DNA of 64,000 bases from Azolla caroliniana (lineage: Eukaryota > Plantae > Polypodiophyta), in assembly GCA_043228905.1 (NCBI GenBank), contig JBHGNT010000003.1, positions 186,001 through 250,000 of the forward strand. The letters are read 5' to 3'. Numbering within the stretch: position 1 is the first letter of the stretch; every line of letters starts with the position of its first letter. The position numbers and the translations under genes are program-made. The notes under the pieces are model-generated. The model was not told the origin of the DNA, searched no databases, and was given only the letters and a program-made list of their open reading frames with translations. Below, in pieces: positions 12,601 to 26,400 of this stretch.

Positions 12601-15600
12601 AAAAACTCTTTCGGCTACCTTCTCTGTCACAGAAAAGCACAAGAAAACACAGGCGAACAACGAGCGCAACAGACAACAGCACACGTAGAGCACTTTGACT
12701 CTCAACAGATAATGCATTTCTCAACAGATATGACAGATGTGCATTTCTTCACATCAGTTAGAGATTGAGGTAGGTAGATAATGCACGCACACTCCTAGAA
12801 GAAAGAATTTGCTGATTGTTGTCATCAGGGAGTGGAATTTGAGGAATATTATATTTTCCATTGCATTGTTTTTCATGAAATAAGAGGGAGATTTCATTGC
12901 CTCTTTATCCAAGGCTTTGGCCCACTACACAAGGTAATGGAATATGAGGACGAATGACGCTTGGGGCTGTTCTTGCTAGATCAAGAAACGCAAGAGAAGT
13001 TGTTGGCCAACAATACAACCACACACGCTCATCGACAAAGAACAATCTGAACTTCCTTTAGCCCCATCACCCTTACTCATGACACAAGTCAAACAAGGGC
13101 TACACAGGTGGGCTTCCAACCAGGACATTATAAAGGGATTACAATAGAGCAGGTAAATAGATATTTGTGCATGTCAGCCCCAGTCTCATGGACCAGTATC
13201 ATCGACAAATAAAGACATTATCTCCCCCCATCATAGGTGTAAAGAATCTAACTCTAGTAGAGTTTAGTATTCAGAAGCGTAGTGTGTGTGTAAGAGAGAG
13301 AGAGTGAATGTATAAGCAAGAGAAGGAATTACAGAGAATAACCAGAAAAATAAGAAAACACACAGTAGGGGGATGACAGCTTATGCACTTAAGAGAGCTA
13401 TATTAATTATCTAAAGATCATCAACTAAACTAAATGGCCAAAGGGGGTTTTATATACAAGTCCTCAAGGGACTGCCCTATTAAATGTGTTGGTGGAATCT
13501 AACCAAGATATCCACTTGAGTACGATTTTGTCATAAGAATATCTAATATTCTTTGACCACACTAACACTCGACAACTACATGGATTACAATAAAGTGTGC
13601 TCACACACTTTTTCACACATCGTCCTTTTCTTCATAAACACATGTTCACACAAGTTGAGCTTGATTCTCAACACGCCCCCTCAAGGTCAATTGTGTGTCC
13701 TCTTAAGCTTGAGTGTCTTGGTGTAGTTGAAGACCCAACTGCAGTTGGTCGGACTACTAGACCGTGGTTTTCCCATTGTTCCTATGTACTCGATCTTGAT
13801 CTAGCAATGTCAATCTTGCCAATCCAAAATTTCGAGCTTCAAAAAATCCAGGCTTTGGAAAGTCTTCCTCTAACTTGCCGGGTCAAGTCAATTAGATGTG
13901 CCGGCCTTACTTTGCCGATGCCGGTCTCACTCTTCCTCTTGTATCCTGCTGATTCTCCATGTTTTCCTTCGTCTTTGTACTTTTACTCTCCCCCAAGCTC
14001 AGCATATCGAGTGGTCTAAGGCCTAGATCCACTGAGAGTTGTCGTAGCTTGTCGAGACCTAGCGCCTTAGTGAAAATATCAGTCATCTGCATGCATGTGC
14101 TCACGGATGTAATGATAGTGCACCTCGATGTGCTTAGTCTGGGCGTGAAACACCGGATTCTTTGCAAGCTGGATGCTGCTGAGATTATCACAGTGGATTA
14201 GTATTGGCTTGTTCACCAATTCGTTGAAGTCTTTCAGCAGTCTTTTAAGCCATACAGCTTCGCAAGCAGCTACAGTTGCGGCCCTATACTCTGCCTCAGT
14301 GCTCGATAGAGCGATTGTTGGTTGTTTCTTGCTGCTCCAAGAGACTACTCCACTACCGAGTGAAAACATAAATCCCGAAGTGGATCGCCTATCATATGCA
14401 TTGCCTACCCAATCAGCATTCGTGAAGCCTTCGAGTCGAAGTGGTGCTCCACGCTTATAGAAGATACCATAATTAAGTGTTCCACTAATATAACGTAACA
14501 CTCACTTAGCACAATCCATGTGAGTGTTGCGGGGGATTGCCATGAACTGGCTAAGAACCCCGACCGGATAGCTGAGGTCTGGTCGGGTGATAGTTAGGTA
14601 GATAGGACTCCCAATTATTTGGCGATACTGTTTCGGCTTGCAGAATTTTCCAAAATCTGCAGTTAGCTTCATATTTCGATCAAGGGGTGTCGAGATGGAC
14701 TTACACTTGGTCATTCCGAACTTGTAGAGCAAGTTCAACACATAGTGTCGTTGTGAGAGTAGGAACCCTTCTAGAGTCTGAATGACCTCGATGCTGAGAA
14801 AATAATGTAAGTCATTCAGATCCTTCATCTCGAACTTTTGTAAAAGCGGCTTTTTAATCTTTTGTATCTCGGTGAGGCTTTCTCCACCGATGACAAGGTC
14901 ATCGACATACAAGATTAAGAAGATGGCGCTTTTGGGATTGTTCTGAACATACAATCAGTTATCAAATTTTGACATCCGGAAGCCAATGTCGTGAAGATAT
15001 GATGTGATCTTTGAATGCCATGCTCTTGGGGCTTGCTTCAGTCCATAGAGCGGCTTCTTCAATCGGCAAACTCCATGTGGATGTTTGTTTGATTCAAAGC
15101 CAAGTGGTTGCATCATGTAAACTTCCTCCTCGAGCTCACCTTGGAGGAATGCGTTCTTCACATCCATTTGATGCAAGTGCCATCCTTTCGCTGCTGCGAG
15201 AGCAATTATTGTCCTCACAATGGTCATTTTTTCCACCGGGGCAAATGTCTCCTCATAGTCTATGCCATGGGTTTGAGCATACCCTTTGGCGACTAGACGA
15301 GCCTTGAACCGATTGACCGTGCCATCCGTATTATGCTTTATCTTGAACACCCAGTGGCAACCAATTGGCTTTTTCTTGATTTCAGAGGATGGGACTAAAT
15401 CCCAAGTATCGTTGTCAAACAACGCGTGCATCTCCTTCCTCATTGCCTCAATCCACCGGGGATCTTGGGCAGCTTCTTTGTAAGTCTCGGGTTCTTGGTC
15501 TGCTGCGAGGTTTACATGGCCAACCCTTTTGTGCAACAACTCAATATCAGACTCCGCCTTGAGTCCCTTTGCATACATTGTTGTGTTAACCTCAGTCGCA

Positions 15601-18600
15601 TCAAGAATAAACATGTGACCTTCTCTTCTTGCATGAGCGATAAGTTGGCCTTTATCCTCGATGAAGCAACCTTCCTAGTTGAATCGCACTTGCATTCCTT
15701 GTTCGACAATTTGGCCAACTGAGACCAAATTCTTTATGATTGTCGGGACATGCAATACATCCTTCATGTAGCCCTTGTTGTCGTGATTGTTAAGGGCCAC
15801 ATCTCCAATGTGCTCAATCATGTGTGTGAAGTCATCACCGGTCTCCACCACGCCGGGTCTCTCGGGTTCCCTCAAATTCATGAACCATTCTTGATGACTT
15901 GTCATGTGATTTGAGTCACCTGAGTCCACGAACCATACATCATCAGGTTGGGAAACACTTGTTATCATGCTATTCGCCCGGTGTCGCATAACAAACATCG
16001 GCGCTTTGTTTTCTAGGTCAGCCATCACAGCATAGTTTGTTTGCTGCCGGAGTGAGGCCGTTGAGTCATTCTTCTTCTTCCGACACTCGGCTTCAAAGTG
16101 GCCAGGCTTTCCACAATACCAGCACTCGGTTTGTTGGTTCTGCCTGGTTGATGCAGGCTGGTGGAAGCTCCCCTTTCTACCGGAATTCCCTCGGCTGTTT
16201 CGACCTTCTTGCTGCGTGGAATTAAATTGTTGTGGACCTCGTCCACCTCTTCCTCGGCCATTCCTCCCCCGATTTCCACGACCACGACCGTGACCTCGAC
16301 TGAGATCATCATGTGTAAATAGCATCTGCCCATCGGATGCTGTGCTTTTCGACCGTGTATGGTTCTCCTCAACCATTAGCATGGATTGCAAGTCGAAAAA
16401 GCTTGGGGGGTTCTCCCTTGTTGTTATGGCAGTTCGAAATGAGCCATATTTTTGTGCAAGGCCGCCAAGACAGATATGCACCATCTCGTCATCATCAACT
16501 GCTACATTGATGGAGCCAAGTGAATCGCATAAGTCTTTGATCCGGAGGGTATAGTCCGTCACGGACATATCCCCTTGCCATATATTGTTCAACTCCTGCC
16601 AGAGTCAAAGTTTTCTCGCTGTGGTTGAAGCCGCGAAAATCTTCTTCAAGTTTTTCCACGCTTCTGTTGGGGCTTTCGCATCTCGAATATAGCTTAACAT
16701 GTGATCTTGCACACATGTTGCCAAACAATACATTACCCTACTAGCGCCTTGCTGCCATGTGGGGTAGTTGGGACTTGTAATATCGGGGGCTGTTTCCTGA
16801 GCTCCCTCGATATAACTCCAATACCCTTGCCCAACTAAGTACTGCTGCATCTTATATTCCCAAGATGCGTAGTTGTGCCTGTCCAACTTCTCTGTTGGAA
16901 GTGCGCTACCCATCTGTGCATTCATTTTTCTGATTTAGCTTGACTCGTATGATCCTGTTAAGGTGAGCCTCTTGCTGTGCAAAACTGCAGCGACAATAGC
17001 AGGTTTTAAAACAGCGTCTCTAGCTGCTCACACAGTTTCAATGGTAGAGCTCAGTGAAGGATCTCTAACCCTCATGCTCTAATACAATGTAAAGAATCTA
17101 ACTCTAGTAGAGTTTAGTATTCAGAAGCGTAGTGTGTGTGTGAGAGAGAGAGATTGAATGTATAAGCAAGAGAAGGAATTACAGAGAATAACCAGAAAAA
17201 TAAGAAAACACACAGTAGGGGATGACAGCTTATGCACTTAAGAGAGCTATATTAATTATCTAAAGATCATCAACTAAACTAAATGGCCAAAGGGGGTTTT
17301 ATATACAAGTCCTCAAGGGACTGCCCTATTAAATGTGTTGGTGGAATCTAACCAAGATATCCACTTGAGTACGATTTTGTCATAAGAATATCTAATATTC
17401 TTTGACCACACTAACACTCGACAACTACACGGATTACAATAAAGTGTGCTCACACACTTTTTCACACATCGTCCTTTTCTTCATAAGCACATGTTCACAC
17501 AAGTTGAGCTTGATTCTCAACAATAGGTGCTTCCCTCACTTTGAAGATCTCTCCATTTTGACTCAACCTATGCTAGAGATCTTTCAAAGAAAAAAATTAC
17601 AATATATCTGACTTGAGTATTGCATGTGTACATGACGAGTCTTTCATCAATTTTAAGTTACAATTATTTTGGTTCACCGTTCTCAAAAACAATGTTTTAA
17701 AAGATGTTAACGTTTCTTTCTTTCTTTCTCACAGGCTGATTTCAGCCTTTAATAGACATTTATATATCTTTCTTTCTGTCTTTTTTAAAATTTCAGATAT
17801 AATTTTCTCAAATCATAGAAATCGAGTCCTGATGGCAGAAATTATTACTGATGAAACTAGTATCTCAAATCTTTTTTTATAGCTAAATTTATCATAGAAA
17901 TCGAGTCCTGATGGCAGAAATTATTACTGATGAAACTAGTATCTCAAATCTTTTTTTATAGCTAAATTTATCATAATCTATCTAATTAATTGGTATTTAG
18001 TGAATCCTAATATATAACACCAAATAAGAAAAATGATGATGCCCAAATGAAGCTCCAATAATGAAACATGAGAGAATGTAATGTTTAAAATAATTTATGA
18101 ATTTATTTATTTTAATCCATTTGATACTTTCTGAAACAAAAGGAAATTCCAGAAACAAATCTTACAAGCCAGGAAACATTTCTAGTGGCATGGCTTATGT
18201 ATGCTCATAGAATATACAGAGAGTATACTACACCAAAGATATCAAATCTAACAGATATGAAATGGATGAGATTAGTCAAGTAAACAAGACTATTGTCAAG
18301 ATATACAGCTAAGAAAAAACTTAAGAAAGGAACTCCTGATATCAAATGATTTAATGAGACAAAGTCTCTACTACTAGCATTCAGTTAACGTGCTTACCCA
18401 CAAAATAACAAAGATCTACTAAACATGGAAAAAGTCAAGAAAAATAAAGAAAAATCTCATCACCCAAATTTCACCAAATCTAAGACCAGTCATAAACGAA
18501 GTATTAAACAACCTATCATAAAAAGTTCTTATAATTCAGAGGCACACTAAATGAAAAGAAGTAAAACATTCAGAAAGATTACCTTCATATATTATCTTTT

Positions 18601-21329
18601 TACTGTTACTTGATTTGTAGTCAAATGATTAGTATATGGAACATAGTTTGCAAAAGACTAAAGTCACAGAAAATTACCTCAGGTCGGACTTGCTTCATGT
18701 AAGATGCAATCCCAGCTATCAAGCCACCACCTCCAACTGGAACAAAGACAGCATGCAAAGGCCCTGAAAATTGCCTAACTATTTCCATTCCAATGGTTCC
18801 TTGTCCAGCTATTACATCTGGGTGATCAAAAGGTGGAACAAATACAAGGCCCTCTTTACAGCTCCTTCTTTTGGCATATGCTTGTGTCTCATCATATGAA
18901 TCACCTACTAGGATAACAGTTGCCCCCAGTCTTTCCACAGATTTCCACTATGAGTTTTACACATGCTCCAAGAATAAGAACACAATAAAATTGCACAACT
19001 TCTAAACCCAGAGGTTGTTACTCTACTGAAATTTGAACCTTAATTTCCGGTGTTGTCACGGGCATTGCAATGACAGCATGACAGTGCAGTTTGTGGGCTG
19101 CTAATGCAACTCCTTGAGCATGGTTACCAGCAGAAGAACAGATAACACCTCTCTCTAACTGCTCTCGAGAAAGATTTGCCATCATATTATAAGCGCCACG
19201 TAGTTTGAAAGAGAAGACCTGCACTAGTACATATGAGCATGTTGTTGGATAAATTCTATACTCTTTCACACAAAGATATCATTCTTTAATAAGATGAGAA
19301 CTAGATTTTAAATAAAGTTGTCAATAATGAGGTTAGCAATATCAAAATATGAGAAGACAAATCAAAACCTCACTCTCAACAGAGATAGCAAAAGATGTTT
19401 GCAGAATCAAATAAGAACATGCACATGTGAGGGGAATCAATGATGTTAGAAGATTAATCTAGACTAGGACAGGAAAAATCAAAGAAAATAATGCATTATC
19501 AAAGTCAATAAATGTTGCACATGTCAGAGCTAGACCACAGAACTGAATCCGCTTAACCAAATCAATAGGAGATTTACAATTCACACGTATCCTGCCTTCT
19601 CCCTCTGTGAGGGGAATCAATGATGTTAAAAGATTAATCTAGACTGTGACATGAAAAGCAAAGAAAACGTTATGAAGTGAAGGACTAATGTCACAGCATA
19701 GTGTAAGTAGCTGCAAAGAGGAAGGTCTACAGATTGTTGGTTATAACAGTTCAAGAACTCTGCATGTGTGCATTTATAGAGGGCCTTGGTAACATATATT
19801 TATTTTGATTTGTTGGTCTCAAAGATAAGACAACACTTAAGATGTAATGTCTTGTTTGGTCTTATAGGCCATTTTGGCCTCTTAAAAGACGTTACTATAT
19901 TTTTCTTCTTTCTTTCTCCTAAGAGCTATTGGACATATTTAGGCCATTTGACTAGAGTGAATTGAAGTGCCATAGATGGCATTGTAGTAAAACAATATAC
20001 GTTGGTTCTTAAAAAGATATTTCTTAGGGGGCTCCAAAAATTTAAGAGCAAGTTCTCCTTTATTTTTTCTTTTCTATGTACCTCAGCCTTTTATTTCTCC
20101 TATCAACCCTGCTCCAAGTCTACCATTACACATAGGTATTACCAGAACAAACATCTTGGCCTCCTTTCAATTGGTATCAAAGCCAGGTTATATCTTTCAC
20201 AACAAAAGTGCTGCAAACAAAAAAGAGTATTGATACTGGTTTAGTTTTCCACACACTTGAAACTTTTTGGAGAAGTTTCATCGCAATAACAGGTCCAAAA
20301 CAGGAGGAATCCAACAAATACCTACTGTTTGTGAGTATGCCAATGCTAGAAAACTTTGTTGTGACAATATACATGAAATTCGTTCAAAATTGTTCCTCAC
20401 ATTCCTCTTGGTGCCTAGTACTCTTTTAACTATTATTTTTACATAATAGCAATAATACTAATTGTTGTAATTAAATTTTAGATTCTGGAATTTAGTTTTA
20501 GAAATTAATTCATTAAAATACAATTTGAGTGAAAATGGCCAACACCATGAGTGATTTTCAATCATAAGCTTTGATTCGTGGAAAGTTATGATGTGTCGCA
20601 CCCAATTTCTTAAGGAATGTGACCATACTTTGAAAAGTGAGAAGCCAACTTAAGGAATGTTTCACAGTTCACGTTCATTTAATGCATGGCATATCGTTCT
20701 GTGAGAACTAGCTTTAGTATGAGTGAGCTGTAAACGTATACGCATATTTCCTCACATGTTTCCAGAAGTTCACAGGATAATTATACAATATTAGCTCAAA
20801 AAATGGTGCATACCGATTGCATATCTTCCCGTTTCAGAAAGATGTTTGCACCCATTCTCTCGCTCAGCTTGGGTGCTAATTCCAAGGGGGATTCAATAGC
20901 CACATCATAAACTTTAGAAGAGAGGACGTGAATGAGATAATTAGACATAGATGAGGAGGGGAGGTTCTTATATTGGCGGTTGACCAATAATAAGCCTGGA
21001 ACCGCTTGCAGAGATTCAGGAGCAACTCTTCGAAGAGGAAGACGATCCGAATGGGCAGGTGATGATCCCTGAACCGGCCCTTTGATGTTCGGATTGACAG
21101 AGACCAGTGCATTTGCATCCTCTTGCACATGAGACATACCATATTTTTCCGAATTGGTCATTCCATTGATCCAAAATCCTTTCTTCTCATGATGTGAAGA
21201 TGAATTGCACGAAAGAAAACGTTCGAGCTTCCTATGCCTATCATATGCAGCCAGTTGCAGAAACTCTGTACCAGAATGCCCATGAGCGCCGAAGAGGACA
21301 GGACAAGCCAACATGCAGACAACACCCAT
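8804..21329 (-). CDS. OMR1: Plastid threonine dehydratase/deaminase (exons 21329-20814, 19218-19039, 18947-18678, 12209-12003, 11932-11684, 11588-11515, 9430-9313, 9203-9069, 8944-8804)
   Basis: All nine exons splice in phase with GT-AG borders. PLP-enzyme motifs KREDMQS|[62 protein letters not shown]. Two ACT-like regulatory domains (TEFKYRY; FPERPGAL...TLFHYR). N-terminal extension consistent with a transit peptide; TGA at 8806-8804. Confidence 0.95.
10150..10800 (-). mobile_element. Degenerate L1-type LINE 3' fragment in TD intron 6
   Basis: Minus-strand remnant resembling the zf-RVT region ([15 protein letters not shown]); heavily interrupted, boundaries approximate. Confidence 0.35.
13238..13673 (-). 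repeat. 3' LTR of copia element
   Basis: 436 bp; differs from the other LTR by about 4 substitutions and 1 indel (counted by eye). Confidence 0.93.
17088..17522 (-). repeat. 5' LTR of copia element
   Basis: 435 bp, adjacent to the PBS on the minus strand. Confidence 0.93.
17812..17975. repeat. Tandem duplication, 79-bp unit x2
   Basis: atcatagaaatcgagtcctgatggc...gctaaattt repeated at 17812 and 17891. Confidence 0.85.
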
Positions 21330-21690
21330 CGTTACTCAAGAAAATTCAAAACAGATCAGATCGGGATGTTCCACATTACAGCCTCCAGATCAAAAATCAA
21401 TAGCAAAGTTGTCTCTTTTTTTTCTAAAGATTCTTTCTTTCCTCCTCTTTATGCGATCGTGCACACATGGTGTGTGAGATAGAGATGCAGACAGCATCCA
21501 TCGTTACTCAAGAAATTTCAAAACAGATCAGATCGGGATGTTCCACATTATAGCCTCCAGATCAAAAATCAATAGCAAAGTTTGTCTCTCTTTTTTTTCT
21601 AAAGATTCTTTCCTACTCTTTATGCGATCGTGCACTCTTTTTTGTTCTAGAATTTCTTTCCCCCTCTTTGTGCGATCGTGCACACAGGAT
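21313..21690 (-). repeat. Tandem duplication (~172 bp) of the TD 5' UTR and start-codon region
   Basis: atgcagaca...catcgttactcaagaaa...gatcagatcgggatgttccacatta...gcgatcgtgcac occurs at ~21313 and ~21485. Confidence 0.85.
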
Positions 21691-23488
21691 GTGAGAGACA
21701 GAGAGTTACGAGATGTGTAGTGAGAGAGAGAGAGAGACAGAGAATTAAGAGATGTGTATGAATGAAGTAATATCGAGTTGAGGAAATTGGATTTCAAACC
21801 CAAGACGTAGTGCTTGTATTGCAACAACTTACCACTAGAGTAGGCCAATCACAAAGAACAACCTGAAGATTGGCCACTACCCAAGAATTAAGAAGAGAAT
21901 AAGTAACATATGAGAAAGGCCGGATCAAATATGTTCGTTCTATCTCTCACTCTATGTGTGACCATAGGATCATATCTACTTCTCTATATATTTTCATATA
22001 TATTGACGTTTTAAACATGAACATGCAATAGAGTAGGGATTTCAGTATGACACTTAAATTGTCATGTCCACCTAACAAGCCACTATGCTTCTCACTAATT
22101 ACCTTATATGTTGTGCATGTGAGAAGTAAGCGATATTCATCCATCACTAGGTTTTTCATTGCGTACCTTGCATACTTTTATAATAGAGTAGTTATGCCAT
22201 GATGCTACCTCAATACCTCACTTGTGTGAAATGAGTTTGAAGAAGTATTTAGGCTTTTTGAGAGCCAAGTCTCATGGGGTAGTAAGATGTGGTTGGATTT
22301 ATTTCTAGCATAACATACATTCCAACTATTTATTGATTGGACACTAATACCAAAATATATGAAGCTTTGCATCACTAGTATTAACTCTCCCTGACAAGTT
22401 AAAGTGGGGTATTGTCTTGGTTAGATTGCCTTAATTCCAGCATTTTTGTTCTGTCCATGTTAACAATTAGCCCATCGATTTTACAAGACGTTTCCAATAC
22501 ATCAAGTACTACATATCATCCAGAGTATATGAGAATAAAATAGCATAATTGGCATATAGGAGTATAAAATTAAGGACTTGCACGAGTTTTGGGTAATCTA
22601 ATCCTTCTTATTTTGCAGTCTTGAGAGAAATCTCTAAGGAAACAAGGAAAGAGTAGAATAAATGAAACTAACTTGGGGAAACTAGGAGAGATAGAAAATT
22701 CAGATAGCCATATGTCATTTGTAATTTGAACATCGACAATCACAAGATATTTGGATTCAAATTGCTCTCATTCACTAATTTTTATTAGTCCTTTGGCCTG
22801 GTTTGAAAATCGCCAGCTATAGAATGTAAAACATAGGACTGGACTCGTGATCAGTTTGTCATCGTACGACAATTCCTCCACCTGATATTTCGCTCTCCCT
22901 CACCTGTCATGAAAGGTATTAAAAATAAAACATACAAAGGTGCAGATCACGTGACAACTGCTGACTATAACTATGTTACTTTTTCTATATTTGTGTGTTT
23001 CTCTCTCCCATGACCAATGTCGACTCTAAAATTATAGCAATCCACAAAAATACCCTTTCTAAACCTTTCGAACTCCTTATTAAACCTAACATAAACACAC
23101 ACACAAAAGATTGAAACCTACAGCAATCCACAAAAGAATGCCCTGTGTAAACCTTTCAATTTTCTCAGCAAAACCTACATAATATGTCACATGGAGACAA
23201 TTCATGCATCATATTGACATAAATAAATTTCTTTCACGGGATGCCATAAAATTCATTCAGTATGACAACTTTAATGCTGCAATGTCAAATTTTCTTATAT
23301 GCTGATCTTAATGGAAACGAGAAAATCCATAGGAATGATGGGTAAAACGTTTTTTATCAAGTCTGTCTACAACTCTCTGACAGGACATTGAATTGAATAA
23401 GATAAGTGAATCTTGTTGTATTACTTGCTTCAAAAACTTGTGGTCGCATGCATGAAACCTCCCTGGTACATATATTCATCAAGACCAA

Positions 23489-26400
23489 TCATTCAATCTT
23501 TGGCTTCCAAAGATTTTGCCTGTATTTCTCTGTATACCTCATAATCAACCTCCTCTGCATGTCAGCACATGATTATTAGCTCGAGAATATGTAGCGTTTC
23601 TCTTGATTTAACATGACCAGGTAACCATACATGCAAAACCAATTGTGTGTAATCAAGATTCAAACGTTGTTAATATCACATTAAATCAATTTAGGGAATG
23701 TCATTTTCCGTTCCTTATGACAGCAATAGCACGTCTTGTTATTGTTTGCATGTTTGTTAAACTGTCTCTGAATATAAATGTCAAGGAGAATTACTAAAGT
23801 ATGTTAGATATGCAAAATAAATTTTAAAAATATGCTTTTCTAAACTACCGATATATGCTGTGTCAAAGTTAGGCACATGAAAATTCCGAAGCAAAAAATA
23901 CTTCTACTTTTAGAATATGAATAAAGTTTTTAATTTACAATAATTAAAAACTTTATTTCTCATTATAAGATTTAACTAATTGGTCAAATTAGAAGCTTCA
24001 GTTTTTAATTATGCTTGAGAGTAAAAACTGGACACGTTCAAATTTAGACAATTCAAGACTTCTGTCAAATTTTGCCTTGAAGTAGAATCTTGCTTTGCTA
24101 ATGTGAACTTCAATTCTATGCTAAATTAATCAAGATGACTACATAGATTAATCTAATACCCTTAAATATGATGATTAGGATGATTAAAAGTATACTCTAA
24201 ACATATCGTAAGCTCTATGTTACTTACACTTGTTCTTGATTATGTGTTTGATCTTAAATTTCATGTGATTAAATGCATCAAGATTGACCGAGCATAAGTA
24301 GGTAATTTTAAATACAAGCAAGCATATTTTTGAGTTATAAACGTATTTTAGTAATCTTTCCTATATACTAGCTATGATTATAACTCTTTTCTAATCAACA
24401 TGCAAATACTATCAATTATGATTAATCCAACCTTGAAATGTTATGTTGGTCTTATCTTGCACTTGTTCTCAATTTATTGGAACTATACATGTGACATGTA
24501 AACAAATATTCAGCAAACTATTCGCACATGATACATCTTATCTATCTTGGTTACTCTAAAGTTCGTACTATTTCTCATTATTAATGTACGTTAATCTCTA
24601 TCAGGACATCAGCTATGAAATGGTTCACCTCTCAAACAATGCACTCACATAACCATTTACGAGAGTAAAGTTCGCAGTTTCAAAACAACAGTTTAATGTT
24701 TGTGTGTGTGCATGTCTTGTGTACACAGGTGCATATATATCTATTGGACGAAACTGTTCTAGAGTATTGTTCCACATTCTCCCAAAGTTATACTAGTCGG
24801 AGGAGGATTCTTCCAAATTTGGATAACAATGTAGAAAAAATTAGGATTTTCACATAACAATGTACACATGTTTAGAAAGAGTCTGAAACCTACACATCCT
24901 AAATGAGGAAAGAGCATCACTGCAATCAGGTCATGTGAACTAGAAGGAAACTACTGATCTCTAGAATCCCCTACTTACATTTTGATGCTGTCAAGGTCTG
25001 GCAACGTCGTGTGTGACCCTGTTTTCAAAGTAGAATAGGTTTTCTTTGTTAAGGACAGAGGAAAGATAGAAATGCTAGATTTCTGTTGGGTAGAAACATT
25101 CAGGTTGCATGAAGTAACAATAAGGCAAGGCCACTAAAATCACGCTAGAAAGAATTGCCCATAAAACTTTTGAAAGATTGAGGAAATAAATAAAAGTGGT
25201 GCATGCTTACTTTTCAGAAATACAACACAAGTAGCAATAAGGAAAGGCCACTAAAATCACATTACAAAGAATTTCTCATAGAACTTTTGAAAGATTGAGG
25301 AAATAAATAAATAAAAGTGGTGCATGATTACTTTTGCAGAAATACAACACTATTGCATAACTTTCCGCATCACAAACACTGTGTGAGAAATGCTGTTAAT
25401 AGCAACAGCGGAGCAATTGTTAGAACAAATTAGACACAGCCAAGCTGTGAGAAGGCTGTTAGACAACAGTAGAAAAAATGGTTGCAAAGAGTAGAGACAC
25501 AGCCAAAGAATAGAGCTTATTTTTAAGTAGCAACTGCTGGTATAGCCTATTTATACAAAATTGGGAATGGTTGTTTGGTAGTTAAGAGACTCTTGTACTA
25601 CCAAACAACTACAATAAACTAGGAATAAAAGGGAATATCTTGGAAAAAGTGGAAGAGAAAGAAGGCATTTAAAGCGTTGTAGATTCTAGAGAGAGAAGGC
25701 ATTTAAAGAGTTGCAGATTCTAGAGAGAGAAGAATCTAGGAAGAGTAAATGTAAAAGAGAGATAAGAATGATGAAAGAGAGTGTAGGTCTGGAGCATAGT
25801 TCTAGCCATACGTCCCATTCGTGTCATACTCAAACGCCAATATTCATATCATACTCATACGTGAAAAGGCTCCAAGTATGATTGAAATCCATACGCGGTA
25901 CATAGATATATTATATATACATATGGTGTATATGGTGTACATAGTGTGTGTGTGTGTGAGGGGGAGAGAGAGAGAGAGAAAGAGAGCGTGTGTGGTCTAG
26001 AGAGAGAAGCCCTGTTTTGCATGTGTGAGGAGACAGTGATTGAGTGTATATCTAGACTCTAGAGAGAGAGAGAGAGAGGAGCTATGGGTTTTGTCTGTGT
26101 GAGGGAGTATGTAATATGTATATTAGATATCTAGATTTTGTAGAGAGAGAAAATCTGTCAGTTCTCGTGTGAGAGAGAGAGAGAGTGTGTATGTGTGTCA
26201 GATGTCACTTTTATTCACAAAATATTATGAATATCAAAAATTAAAAAAACCCAAAAAAAGTCAAAAAAAAAAAAAAGCCAAACGAATATCGCGTATCATA
26301 CGCGTACGTTTGCAAACGTTCGCGTACGTCCAGTAAATTGGACGTACGCGAATATTAGGAACTATGGTCTGGAGCTAGCACCCTCCAACACAATGTATAG

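Larger units (their letters stand above)
13238..17522 (-). mobile_element. Ty1/copia LTR retrotransposon, defective (integrase core deleted), in TD intron 3
   Basis: LTRs 13238-13673 and 17088-17522 (TG...CA) with perfect 5-bp TSD ATAGG (13233-13237, 17523-17527). Degenerate Met-i PBS TTGTATTAGAGC; PPT cttgagggggcg. Gag with CCHC knuckle ([14 protein letters not shown]), protease (WFVDSG), RT ([14 protein letters not shown]), RNase H (SSTEAEY, CDNLS). Several in-frame stops. Confidence 0.96.
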
